From: Chrysomallon squamiferum
Taxonomy: Eukaryota; Animalia; Mollusca
NCBI GenBank assembly: GCA_012295275.1
Contig: CM022671.1
Span: forward strand, 25,482,001 to 25,546,000
Reading direction: 5' to 3'
DNA length: 64,000 bases
Below, piece after piece: positions 13,687 to 27,000 of the stretch (the first letter of the stretch is position 1; each line of letters starts with the position of its first letter). Position numbers and translations under genes: made by a program. Under the pieces are notes generated by a model. That model was given only the letters and a program-made list of their open reading frames with translations, made no database searches and had not been told where the DNA came from.

Positions 13687-13917
13687 CTGAAGTTAGCAGG
13701 TTACAGCATTAAAGACAGAAAGAAAGAATATCTAAGCTGTTGTTGGTTTACAGAAATCAATGAATATTTGAGTAAAATGTAAAGGTATTTAAGATTTCAT
13801 TGGTATATAAGAACCATTATATGTTTGAGCAGAATTGAATTTTTTTTTGTTATTGACCTATGAAATGTTAAATAAGACTTTGATGACATGATCAGTTATG
13901 AAATAACCTGACAGTAC

Positions 13918-14043
13918 CTGAATAATTTCATTTTTCTCCATCTCCATGTTTCTGAAAGCATCTTCAGCTGCTCTCAGTTTCTTCTGAACATCTTCGAGGT
14001 TTTCTTGCATTTCATCTATTCTACACACCATACTCTCTATTTC
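13918..14043 (-). CDS. Coiled-coil gene exon (EIESMVCRIDEMQENLEDVQKKL...NEIIQ), phase 0-0
   Basis: tctag|GAA acceptor and CAG|gtactg donor; 126 nt, open. Confidence 0.9.
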
Positions 14044-14429
14044 CTAGACATACATTAAAATAATTAAGATTAAACAGAATTGTTTAAAAATAAATACCTG
14101 TTTGATATCTGTAACACAAACATACATTGGAGGTTACTCTTGAATTTGAGCCATGAATAATTTATTTTTTATATTGATCTGTAAATGATTTAAAATCATA
14201 TCCACACTGACACAGACACATACACCCACATACACAGACACACACACATACACCTACATTGAGGCACTAAGCCCTTCCCCACACACACAGTCACTAAATA
14301 CACTAATATATGCACCCCTCACACACACAGACACATATACCCTAATATATAAACAAATAATACACAGACACTAACACATGCAGACATACAAACATACACA
14401 AACTTTGCTTTAGTTATTTTAAAACTGAC

Positions 14430-14594
14430 CTCCTGGAGTTCCTCCTGCCTGTGTCTGGCCAGTTTCTGCTCATTGAAGAGTTCCTCTTTGGTAAACTGGA
14501 GTTGTCTCACCAGTTCGTCTCTCTCCAGCTGCACACCTTCCAGTGTGCGACACTTCTGTGACAGGTTCGCATTCTCTTCCATTACAGACTTTGC
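14430..14594 (-). CDS. Coiled-coil gene exon (AKSVMEENANLSQKCRTLEGVQLERDEL...EELQE), phase 0-0
   Basis: aaag|GCA acceptor and GAG|gtcagt donor; 165 nt, overlaps ORF 14319-14582. Confidence 0.9.
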
Positions 14595-14990
14595 CTTTTA
14601 ATAAATTACAGAGAAAACAACATCTTCAAAAGATATATTATTTAAACATCAAAAGATACCATTTCAGATTGTAGTACTTTTGTGTTCTCTTCCACTGCAG
14701 ACTTTGCCTTTTAACAAATCAACAGTTTTTGATCAACTAAAAGATGTATTATTTTCATATAAAAAAATATCATATCAGAAAGAAATGACAGACTTTGCTC
14801 TTTAACAAATTACAGAGAAAACAACACTTTAAAATATATTATGTTAACATTAAAATATACCATTTCAGAAAGAACATTTTTGTGTTCTCTTACATTACAG
14901 ACTTTGTCTTTTAGAATTTCAACAATTCTTAAACCAACACTTTAAAAGATATATTATTTTAATGTCAAAAGATACCATCTTAAAATGCAT
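14573..14990. repeat. Four diverged ~100-110 bp copies of the acceptor region of exon 14430-14594
   Basis: CAGACTTTG(C/T)C core at ~14585, 14698, 14789 and 14898, each followed by similar AAAGATATATTAT..AAAGATACCAT segments. Confidence 0.8.
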
Positions 14991-15510
14991 AATAATATGT
15001 TTTTGGGGTAATTCCATATCAAATCATCCAACTGGATTTAACCTCACTAATTTGATGTGTAGTTTGGACTTGGTATAATTAGCACAAATCTCAAATATTA
15101 ATTCAACTGGATCAGTAGTTTTGGAGATATGGGCCCTCAAATTATGGCTTTTTGTCAAACAGTCATTAAACCTTGATATCTTGGTAACCAATGAGATAAA
15201 ACTGGTGTCAATCAGCTACCAAAATTTAGCTTGCTCCTATCAAGAAAATAATAACAGATTTGGAATCCTTAATAGAAGTTTTAAGTTTTGTATGTATGTG
15301 TGTATGTCTGTGCATGCATGCGAGTGTGTGTGTATGTCTGAAGAAAAATCCATGACAGACTGAAGTTATGTCAACTTTACTTTGTTTTTTTCTCTCAGTC
15401 TGTCAGAGTTTCATTCTACAATGGTTAAAAGTATGGAAGCTTCAGCCATAAATATATATGTATCTACATGTGTATATGCTGACAGTAATTTATTTGAATA
15501 ATGGACTCAC

Positions 15511-15682
15511 CTCCTCTCTTGATATTCCCAGATTGTCAAACTCTCGCAGTTCTTCTTCCTTCATTTTGATTTGGTTAATGTAGTTCTCTGCTTGTTTCCT
15601 GTTTTTCTCAATGTCGTTCAGAACTCGTTCCAAATCTTTCATTGCATTTGTTCTCTTGAATTCTGTCAACATCAGCTGTGTT
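15511..15682 (-). CDS. Coiled-coil gene exon (TQLMLTEFKRTNAMKDLERVL...ISREE), phase 2-0
   Basis: ctctag|A acceptor and GAG|gtgagt donor; 172 nt. Confidence 0.9.
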
Positions 15683-15767
15683 CTAGAGAAAAATATTTAA
15701 AAAATGAAATATCACACACTACATCTTGTTTATTATTGTTCTAAATTTTGTATTAATTTATGTTTAG

Positions 15768-16100
15768 TATTATTTGGTATCACACACAACACAATATGTA
15801 ATCTGTATTGCATGGCCTTGTTCTTCATTGTATATTAATTAATTTTTAATATTAATTATTATTTGGTATTATACACACACAACACAATATGTAATCTGTA
15901 TTGCATGGCCTCGTTCTTCATTGTATATTAATTAATTTTTAATATTATTTATTATTTGGTTTCACACACACATATACACAATATGTAATCTGTACTGCAT
16001 AGCCTTGTATATTAATTAATTTTTAATATTAATTATTATTTGGTATCTCACACACATATATATACACTATGTGATCTGTATTACATGGCCTTGTTCTTAA
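15768..16100. repeat. ~90-bp intronic tandem repeat, 4 copies
   Basis: Repeated ATTATTTGGT..CACACA..ATATGTAATCTGTATTGCATGGCCT unit. Confidence 0.85.
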
Positions 16101-16640
16101 TTCAGAATTAATACATATTTAGTTTTACTATGTATAGCACTCATTGTACTCTACATACTGTTTTATTACACGATTTATTCCTAATTTTGAATTAATTTGG
16201 GTTTAGTCTAATTATATACAACATTGCAAAGAGTATATTATGTTTATTGTGTGACTTGATCTTAATTTTTAATTATTTATGATCAACATAATTACGCATA
16301 AACCATGGTACAACAGATATTGCTTATTTCATATTTCTTGATTTGGCTTTTTATTTGAGGCATATATTGTTAACATAATTTTGAATATATTTCAATACTA
16401 GTAAACGTAAATTTTAAGTTGTCAAAATTTCTCATTTAATGTTTCTAGTTTAGTGAAAACATTATTTTGTTTTAAAATTTTAAAAAACCATTTGTTAAAA
16501 ACAAAAATTAAAGACTTTTGTTGTATTAAACAGTTAATATTATTGTATGTAAACTGGTTACCCGAAAAAGCAAAAAAAGATTTAAAATACTTTTCATTAA
16601 AATGTTTCTCTATTAGAGAAAGTTGAAGGTGAAGTTGTAC

Positions 16641-16753
16641 CTGGCATTTTCAGCTTTTTCACGAGTTTCTTTCAAGATCTTGTCAGCTTCTTGCTGTTCT
16701 AGTCGAGTTGTGTGCAGAGCCTTTCTTAGAATCTTCACTTCTTGTGTCAAAGC
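16641..16753 (-). CDS. Coiled-coil gene exon (ALTQEVKILRKALHTTRLEQQEAD...AENA), phase 0-2
   Basis: tttcag|GCT acceptor and AG|gtacaa donor; 113 nt, open. Confidence 0.9.
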
Positions 16754-17439
16754 CTGAAACAAGCCAACTGGTTTTATTACTTAATTATAAACATATTTTT
16801 GATACCTTCACATATAGTACATTTTGTGTGTATGTGCATGTGTGTTTCATTTTAAACTATACAGCACTGTGTCACACACATGCATGCATGCCAACATACA
16901 TACTCACACTGTCAAAAAGAATCACAAAAATATTTCTTTTTAAGACAAGAACACACATATATATTTATTTATAATTATCATACATTAATGTTTTCATTTT
17001 TAAACACACATGCACAACAAATACACACATCCTAAAAGTTTATTTCAATGCATGTCTGATGCATTTCATATTTTTATCTACAGTACATAGTGTACATTTA
17101 TGATAAGACACAAAAATAAACATATACACAAACATCAGACACACACACACACACACACAATCACACACATGCACAACATAAAAGTTTTCAAATTATAATC
17201 TTATGATAACACAGAGGAAAATATTCAATAACTTTTTTCAAACCTCAAAAACTAATTTGTAGAAATAAAATTACTGCTATAACCTATAAATGAAAATATT
17301 AAAATTTAAAGGTGAACTGAAAGGTGGTATATACATAACAAATTATGCTGATAAATGTTAGATATCTATGTGAAGGCAAAACCATTTTTTTAATTATTTT
17401 TTTTATTAATTTAAGCTAAAAGCAGTATTTGTATCAAAC

Positions 17440-17800
17440 TGAAATGCTAATGTAATTATGTCTAATTGAAATACTAAAGTGGTTGTATTCTAATTAAAAT
17501 ACTAATGTGGTTATGTTCTAATTAAAATTCTAATGTAGTTATGTTCTAAGTAAAATACTAAAGCAGTTATGTTCTAATTAAAAAATACTAATATAGTTAT
17601 GTTCTAATTAAATACTAATGTAGTTGTATTCAAATTAAAATACTAACAAAGTTATGTTCTAATTAAAATACTAATGTGGTTATGTTCTAATTAAATATTA
17701 ATGTTGTTATGTTCTAAGTAAAATATTAACATAGTTGTGTTTCATTAAAAATAAATATATATATTTCTCATAAAAATACTAATTCTGTTCTAATTAAAAC
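17440..17800. repeat. ~29-bp AT-rich minisatellite (AAATACTAATGTAGTTATGTTCTAATTA), about 11-12 copies
   Basis: Directly visible tandem units. Confidence 0.9.
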
Positions 17801-17838
17801 ACAAATAAATTTTGTGTAATATCAAAATATTCACTTAC

Positions 17839-17856
17839 TCCTCTCTTATATTTTGA
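17839..17856 (-). CDS. 18-nt microexon (SKYKRG), phase 0-0
   Basis: cttgtttcttcttgtag|TCAAAATATAAGAGAGGA|gtaagt: strong polypyrimidine tract, consensus donor, frame-preserving. Confidence 0.65.
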
Positions 17857-17990
17857 CTACAAGAAGAAACAAGTAAAAACTTTTAAATTTGGTCTTAAAA
17901 TGAACTAACAGAAAATAATCTGTTCCTAAATGATATTTATTTAATGTTGCTGCTTTTATATATGTGTAAAACTCACTCACTCACTCACTC

Positions 17991-18067
<77 letters not shown>

Positions 18068-18463
18068 ATCCCTCCATCTATCTATCTATCAGTCTATCAG
18101 TCTCTCTGTGTTTCTCTCTTTCTCTTTCTGTTTCTTTCTAACTCTACCTCATTTTCTTTTTCTGTCATTTAAGATAGTTAGCATTTGTCTGTGTGTATGT
18201 ATGTATATATGTTTGAGTCAAGGTAAGGGAGAGAGAAATGCTTAACTCTGTGATGATCTTAAGGAATTAATTCAAAGATCCTTTATTCTTTTTTTTTGTC
18301 ATCAGATTATTTTAAAAATTGCTTTAATATTTGTGCTTTCCTGTCTATGGATAGGTTTAGAAAAAAAAATCTCGTCTTTAATTTATATACAAAAAAGACA
18401 AATATAACAGCCCTTCACATTAAAATGTTTTGAGAGATTATGAAAGAAAAAAGGGTTAATTCA

Positions 18464-18521
<58 letters not shown>

Positions 18522-18747
18522 CATATCTTGAAATATTTCATATGAAATAGCATTACTTCATATACAATTGTTAGATTATTGATTTTATTAATTAACTTCA
18601 TTATGAAATTAGTCACAATAAATTATTATTTCTTTTAAACATTTTCTTTTTCACCTTGTTAATCTTTACCTGTTGTCAAGTATTTAAGTTTTAATAAACA
18701 ACTGTGAAAAATATTGTGAAGTATTTTGTGTGTTTAAGTAAACATGC

Positions 18748-18807
18748 CTCTTTGTCTTCTTGTTTACTGTAATTTTCTCTTCTCTCTGCTAGGTGATCTT
18801 CCTCAGC
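18748..18807 (-). CDS. Exon AEEDHLAERRENYSKQEDKE with a GC donor, phase 0-0
   Basis: atttag|GCT acceptor; 60 nt of open, charged sequence; GAG|gcatgt donor gives the phase 0 required downstream. Confidence 0.65.
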
Positions 18808-18810
18808 CTA

Positions 18811-18850
<40 letters not shown>

Positions 18851-18876
18851 GCAGTAATAATAATAATAATAATAAC

Positions 18877-18938
<62 letters not shown>

Positions 18939-19070
18939 TAATAATAGTAATAATAATAAAAATAATGATAATAATGACAGTAATAATAAAAATGACAAGA
19001 ATGATGATGATGATGATGGTGACAATAATAACAATAACAGCAGTAGTATTAGTCATAATAATAATAATAT
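18811..19070. repeat. (AAT)n/(GAT)n microsatellite
   Basis: Directly visible; explains the poly-L/N/I ORFs. Confidence 0.95.
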
Positions 19071-19327
19071 AACACCACCACCAACAACAATAGCAATAAT
19101 AAAGTCATTATAATGATGATGATAAACCTGAATATAAATGACTCTAAACATTAGCTATGTACAGATGACATAACAATAATAACATATCCACACTTCCATT
19201 CGTCTATATTTCATTTATATATATATATATATATATTTGAAATTATTACTACTCTACTTGTTGCTATTACAGCAGAACAATCAGTATTAACAGTAATTAT
19301 GTCTTTTGATTGTTCATTCATATTTAC

Positions 19328-19538
19328 CTTGGACATTTGAGCTGACCGCTGGGTGTATGTGCTGAAGGAGAGTTTGGGTGGGACACTTTGTGGCTGATGA
19401 TGTACTGGCGAAACTGACCTTGACCTTTGGCGCTCTTTCTCCATTTCCTTTCTGATTTTTTCCGTTTCCCTCTCAATCTCTCTGGCTTGTTCATTCATGC
19501 TCTCATCTTCATACACACTCATGATCTTTGGTTCCGTT
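19328..19538 (-). CDS. Host gene exon (TEPKIMSVYEDESMNEQAREIERE...RSRSVSP...AQMSK), phase 2-0
   Basis: tttcgcag|A acceptor and AAG|gtaaat donor; 211 nt, overlaps ORF 19211-19522. Confidence 0.9.
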
Positions 19539-19774
19539 CTGCGAAATAGAAAATATATTTTTTTTTTATGTAAATGAGTGGTTTTGATTTTGCTTGAGAA
19601 ATCAATGGTAATTTTTTTTTTTTTTTTTTTTTAAATTCCTTTTACAGTAGTAGTAATAATAATAATGGTGATGGCATAATTGTAATAGCAGAGTAGTTGT
19701 AGAGGTTTTAGAAGCAGTATCAGTTGTAAGAATAAATGTTCTTGTAACAGTAGCAGTTTCAGTTTTTGTTATTC

Positions 19775-19811
<37 letters not shown>

Positions 19812-21564
19812 AGTGGAGATAGCAGTAGTAGTAGTAGCTATAATAGCAATAACAGTAGTAGTAGAAGTTATAGTAGCAATAGTAGTAGAAGCAGTAGTAG
19901 TAGTAGTAGCAGCAGCAAAATAAGGCATTGGATTAAATAGGCATGTTATTAAATTGTTATTTTAATCCACTTTGAATTTTGGTTTTACATGGAATTAACC
20001 AGGAAACAATGAACACTGATACATTTATTTCACTGTTTAAATAAAGAATTTACAAGCCAATAACAACAAGAATAACTGACTGGTGCAAATAGTTCAGTTC
20101 AGTTATAAGGCAATTTTTTTTTTTGTGGAATAAATTCTGATCTGGCAGTAAAGTACAGACTTCATACAATATTCTGAGTGAACAGTAAGGACATTTTTAA
20201 AGATCAATTCTATGGACTTCTTCATTGATTACTGTTCTCTAGTGTGTGTCACGTTCCTGTGACCTACTGCTCAGTAATTTTCATCAGTGTTCCTCTTTCA
20301 TGTTGTGTAAACCAAGTTACACAGTGATTGTGTACATTGGTACATCATTCAAAAGTTATTTGTTTTTGTCTTTTGTTTGCCTCTGGCCAGTGACATTAAT
20401 GCTGAATAAAGTGATGATCTTTGTTTTCTTGGCCTGTTCGTGTTACATTAAGTCTATAGACAAAAATCAAGTTGTATTAAAAACAACCTTTCTCTGTGGT
20501 GTTTTCTTGGTAAATCTACACACAGCTAGTTATTGATTAATAGATGGGGATTTGTGTCTTTAGAAGATTTCAGCAACAATTGAAAGATTAGCTCCTGCAA
20601 GTTTTGTTGATGAAGTCCTTGCACATACAACAGGTTATTAATCAATCCATTGTGGAATATTTACAAATATTAAATTCCATTTGCATTGTCCACAGTGATT
20701 TTATCACAAAATATATTGATGTGCTAAGTAATAAGGATATGTTCTATAATTTATATATTATAAAAAGAAGATATACTCTATATTTTTTTTTTTTTTTAAA
20801 TACATCTATTGCATGCATAATAATTTGTGTTTCTGAATACATACAATATTTCATGAAAGGTCAGAATGTAGTAAAAACATATATCAGAGAATTAAAACCT
20901 ATGATTTGAGCTGGGGGTACCATAAAACATTATTATTATATAGCAGAAATAAATCCATGGTTTGTGCTTTGGGGTAATTAATTAAACAAACATCTAGAAT
21001 TAAAAAACCCACACTTTATGCTGGAGTGTCATAAAAACATAATTACATTATAGAAATACAAAATCCATTATTTGTGCTGGTGTGTTCATCTACGTCTAGG
21101 AAACAAAACAAATATATGTAAAAGAAATAAAATTACTTGGTTTGTGCTGTGTTGTCACAAAACATAACAAACATATATAAATTAATTTTTATTTTTCTCC
21201 TCATACTTTGGCAAAACAATTTTGTTTATTCATACAAGTTAGAAAAAAATATACATTTATTAGTAAATATCTCCAAAGCATAGCTCCTATATAAAAAATT
21301 TAAAGAAAATTTATTGAAAAATTGCTTCCTCTGACTAACAAAGTGAATCGTTATCAGATTGTCTATTCACATTATCAACAATGTGAAAAACATCAAACAA
21401 CTCAGAACATAATGAAAATCAGATCAATACAGATACCTGGGAAACAGACATATTGGTCAAATAAATTAATAGAAACTCCAGACATGGAATATAAAGTTAA
21501 AAAATAAAAAGCATGATAATGTTCTATAATTCATAACTATAGAATGCTTAATGTGTTTTTGTGA

Positions 21565-21602
<38 letters not shown>

Positions 21603-21825
21603 ATTTACATACGAGTATGTAAGTACATGTATGTGTGCAGATAGATAGGCAAGACAGATAAATATATAGTATATAATAGGGAAAAAAACTCTCTAAAAGT
21701 TTTATTTTTATAAGATGTATTATTTATGGATTATAGTATAAATTAATTTACAAAACCATACAAAAAAACGAACCAAAAAAAAATTAAATCTACAAAGAAA
21801 AAGAAGGCAATTGAACTGTTTCACT

Positions 21826-21831
21826 TTTATT
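21826..21831 (-). terminator. Candidate AATAAA polyadenylation signal of the giant-exon transcript (3'UTR ~21810-24053)
   Basis: AATAAA on the minus strand, followed ~25-80 nt downstream by U/GU-rich sequence. Other AATAAA hexamers exist in this AT-rich region. Confidence 0.35.
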
Positions 21832-23159
21832 TTCAACAAATAACAAAGGTACAACAAAGATTATTGTAATGTAAATTAAACAAAATAATGTTCTGTGTCT
21901 TCAACATTTAAAATATCTTGGAGGGACAGACAAATTAAAGAATATCAATAAATATTACAATTCTCAGTACAGTCGAAATATCAATAGATATTATAACATA
22001 AATTTAATCTGCAGTCAGAAATGCAATTTGTTTTGAGCAGAATCACAGACAAACCAAGAAAATTTTATAATGAAAATAAAAATCTGTGAAACAAGTCTAT
22101 GCTTCAAGTTTTAAAGAAAACTATTTACAAATTCAATATTTTTCATTTTAGTTTGTTTGTTTATTTTTTATTTTGTTTCTTCTTTGTTTTAACTTTTTGA
22201 ATATTTTACTTTCACATTCTTTTTCTTTGGTTTCTGTATTTATTTGTTTGCTTTATTATTTTTTTCTTTTAATTTTTTTTTTTTTTTTTTGGTTTCTGTA
22301 TTTATTTTATTTTATTTTTTATTTATTGTTTTATGTCTTCTAAATTTTATGTTTTTCATTTTCCTTTTACTTTTTAACTTCTTTTTAGTTTTCATGTTTT
22401 GTTTGAAACATGATAAAGCTATTATGTGCATAGAGATAACAGGTTTGATATTTCAATTAAAATAAAATGAAATCTAATACAAATTGATTTGACTACCATT
22501 TAAATAAATCTTCTGAAATCTTGTCAGATCAGCTTTAATTTTTATTTTTTTTATTTTTTTATTATTATTTTCTTTAAATTTATTGTCTACTTTTTTTCTT
22601 CTTTCTGTAAATTACAGCTTCTTATTTCTTTTTCATTGTCTGTTTCAGACTTTCATAAATAATGAATATGCTGGCCAAGCTTAGATTGTTAATAATGGGA
22701 ATTACGCAGTTCTAAGCAGTGGAAGAAAGAAACTGTACTAAGTCTTTACACACACACACATACACACATACACACACGCACACACTCACACACACACAAA
22801 CAAATACACATGTAAATATATACATATATACATACACACACACACACCTATAGGCACTTTATAAAGTGAATCACTGTGAGAATAAGAAGAAAATGTCTTT
22901 TGATTACTCCCAATACATGAAATCATATAAATAATTAAAACAATACCAACTTTAAAAACAATGGAAATTCTGATATGATGTAGAAAACATATGACATATC
23001 AAATAATAAACAATATCTTTAAAAAAATTCATTCAGAAAATTTTTTTATTTAGTGACATGTTATTAAAAGACATGATTTCATCAAAGTTATGTATCCTTG
23101 AGGACATTAAAAAAAATTGATACTAAATTATATTTTTGATATTATAAATTAAATATATC

Positions 23160-23206
<47 letters not shown>

Positions 23207-24053
23207 ATAATACATAATATAAAAACAAATCTGAAAACTTTTGCAGTAACAGAAACCAACAGTTCTAACTGTGATGTTGTTAAATGTTGTTTTTATTTAT
23301 TCACATGAACAAGAGAAACATTTATAAATATCACAGAAACGTATCTGAATACAAATATAGAGTTCATGCAAAAATGACTTTTTCACTCACAATTAAAAAC
23401 ACCACAGTCGTGATGTACCAAAATAACATTATTGATGAAAATCATCCAAAATTAGGAAAATAAAATCTATTTCATTTTCATAAACATAAAAATAAATACC
23501 ACATTAATCTGCCTGTTTTTGGCAGTTCAGGTATGTTATTAGTTTTGGCATCTGAACAATTGAAAATATCATTTGTTTGATATTTTAGGAAACTCAACAA
23601 TCGATGTTAGTTTGTACAAAGGAAAAAAATTAAAGATTCATTGATTAAAGTTAAAGCAAATACAGATTTTGAATTTAAAAATGTCTACAATTTGTTTTAA
23701 ATCTTTCTTTTTTTCTTTTGATATTTGACACAAGAACAGATTACAGATTCTTTCTAACAGTTTTAATTATCTTCAGATTCACTTGAAACTCATCTGACAC
23801 AGATTTTAAATAAGCATATTTTCATTTCTTTTTGTTTCTTCTTTTTTTATATTTGGAACATGTGTGAAAGCATATTACACTTAGATTTTTTTTCTTTGAG
23901 AATTAATGATTTATAAATCTATTTGCAAGTATTTGCAAGTATTTTGAGAGTTTTTAAATCAGAATCATGTCTGTGTTTTGTTTATATATATATATTTTTT
24001 CTTTTTCAAATCTATAAAAGGTATATTTCAATAAAGGACTCTTTCTAACAAGT

Positions 24054-27000
24054 TTAATGATTTTCAAACTTGTTTGCAAGCTGCTTGACAGACACAGTTT
24101 TTAAATTAGCAACATGTCTATTCCTTTCTTCACTTTCCTTCACATTCCTCCGTCCTGAATTCTCCTCCACTTTGGACTCAAACTTTCTTTTCATTTCCAC
24201 AACCCCAGGACTTTTGTTTCTCACGTTGTATTTTCTAAACTGGGAACTCAAAGGAAGGAATGCACTGGAATCGTCATCGGCAGATTTCTTGTTTTGTTTT
24301 TCATGCTGCGTGGAAAGAGCAGAGTCTGAATGCAGATACTGACTTGAACTCTCAAACAAGTCAGAAATGTCCAGGCTTGAGCTGTTTGCATCACTCAGAT
24401 CAAAGCTTTTCTTTCTTTCACATGTTTCTGCGTCTGCTTGTAATGTTAGTGGATGCTTATTCCTCCTGCTAGGCGATCTTCTGTTATCTATTTCATCTTT
24501 TCCTGGTTCAGCACTTTGATGGAATTTCAAACCTGTTTCCGTAACTGATTTCCTTTCAACTGATTCACGAGATAACACTGACTGTAGTGGTGCAGAATGA
24601 GGTGGACAAAGTGTGTTGTGTAATACTGAACTTTTTGGTTTTTGGACTTCGTTGAATTTAACCTTGGGCTGGTTCTTAAATGTATCTTCATTATATGATG
24701 GTTTGTTAGTTTTGCTATATGGTGGATATGATAAGCATATGCCTTCAGTGCAGACTGGATTATGATCATAATGTGGTGTCATTACTTCCAGTTGTTTTAT
24801 TTCATGGTCTTGAAATTGTGAAGAGTTTTCTTCATAGTATATTAGTTGACTTGTTTTAGTATTTGTTTTTAGTTTGTGCCCATCACTAATTTTGTTTCCA
24901 TATTCATGACTCATTACATGGCCTGAATATCTATCCTCAAACACATCTGGATTATACATTTCTTTAGAAACTCTCCTTGCTGATGATGTGTCTGGAATAC
25001 CAGCATCAAACTGTGTGATATACTGAGGAGGTGATTTACTGGTATTTTCAGTTGTTTCTGGAGCAACTGAAATCTTTGTACTTCTTTCAATAAGTAAATT
25101 CTGTCTGTTGTCTTTAGCAGATGACAAAAAACTCTCGTCAAGTCTACTCTCACTATTGGGCACAAGTGAGATCTGGTTGGAATGTGAAAATAAATATGTA
25201 GCAGATTCTGGGTTGTTATATTCAGAACAACTTGATCTCAAATTACTTTCCCAGTGATGTGATTCATAGTTATCTCTTTGTTTTATTAACTGATCATGAA
25301 AATGTTTTGTATTTTGTGAGTCAAAATGAAAATGCTTGGTCTTTGTGGAATATCCTTCTCTTTGTTCTGTTTTATCGTAACACATATTTTCTGTGTTTAC
25401 TGGTGATGAGGGAACAAGATATCTTGCATCTGAATACATTTCTGCTTGAGGTAAGGTATAATGATAATACGGTGGATTTGTTTCAAACAACTCACCTTTT
25501 TGTACGGGAACAAAGTTTTGGTGATTCTGTGGGCTTCCTTCAGTAATGTTACTTTCTTTCTGTGTCATAATATTATCAACTTCAGATTTTATCTCCCTAA
25601 AATATTTTTGGAATCCATGTACTGTATAATCATCATTTTCAAGGTATATTCTGGTGGACACAATTTTATCTTGCTTTTGTTTTATTTCATCAAAATGTTT
25701 GGAATTTTCTGCAGTAGAGTACCTTCTTTTTCCACTAACTTTGAAGTTTGTGTCTGTGAGATTCATTTTAATATTCTGTAATTGTTCTTCTTGTTCACTG
25801 TGATTCTGAATGTGTTTTCTCTTTTCCAAAAGACTGGTTACAGAGTTTGCAGAGGTTGTATCGCTTTGTTCTGTTTTCTCTACAGACAAATCACAAGAAT
25901 TATTTTCCACTTTTCCAGATCTCCTCACACTGGTTTCATCTAACAACAAAGTCATGCTGTTGGCTGGATCCTGATTACTGCAAACAACAACAGGTCCGAG
26001 ACTTCCGTTCTCTGAAATAAACAAAGTCAGGCCGCTTCTGAAGCTTTTTACATTTGTCTTTTGTTCAGAAATATAATCAGAGCCATCATGTAAATCACTC
26101 ATGTGTCGAATGTCTTGTACATTAATACCTTTGTCTTCCATGATTTGGGAATTCTGACCTACAACAGTTTTTCTTTTAATATTTTCAATTTTGCTATCAG
26201 CAGGCCTTGCAGCATCAGCTGAACTAAATGCAGATCTGATGTTGGAACAGTCTTCATCTCTCACAAACACTGAGTTCTGACCCATGACATCTGGAATTAT
26301 TTGTGATTTAGTAGTCTCCGTTCCAAGATCATGCTGCTTCACGATGCTTTTTGTAACCATCACTTGAGCATCTTCAAAGGATTGAACCATTTTATTTTCT
26401 ACACTAACTGGATACGTTTTGTTTTCTGCTTGGCTTCCTAGAAGGTCTAAATAGTTCTGTGCAATACTGTGAGTAACTGGTGTTAATAATTGTTTGTTAA
26501 GCTTTGTGACATCTTGGAAAACCTGTCCTTGTTTTGGAAAATGAGGTGATTCATCAGATGTCCTCCCTTGATAGGAGAGATCTGAGGAGATTTGTTTGAC
26601 ATCTGTATTCAAACTCTGTCCAGAATCCACTGATGGCAGTGTATGATGCTGATTTTTGTCTATATATACATCACTGTTACTGTCTTCCAGACTGGATGAA
26701 TGTAATAAGAACATTGTTTTGAACTGCTGTTTCAAATCAATATTCTCAGACTGGGTTTTAATTTTGTGAATGTCAACTGGCTTAGCAACAGTTTCTGGGG
26801 TTTTAACTGGCTCAGTGACAACTGGATCAGCATCAACTGGATGGATTTCAACTGACTGACTTAAAGTAATTGATTGTTCTGTTCTATCAGTTACAGTTTT
26901 TGAAACGGTACCATCCACTGATGTTAAAATATCATCACAGTTAGTTTTCTTGGAAATTGGAAATTCATGAACAGAAGATTTTGGTTTGTCAGATAAATCA

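Noticed and set aside
17440-17800. ~29-bp repeat array superficially like a CRISPR array
   Set aside because: Head-to-tail units without unique spacers, inside a eukaryotic intron, with no cas genes; it is a minisatellite.
9603-19538. Assigning the coiled-coil gene to a named centrosomal or golgin family
   Set aside because: Only generic heptad character is visible and I recognise no diagnostic motif, so no gene symbol is given.
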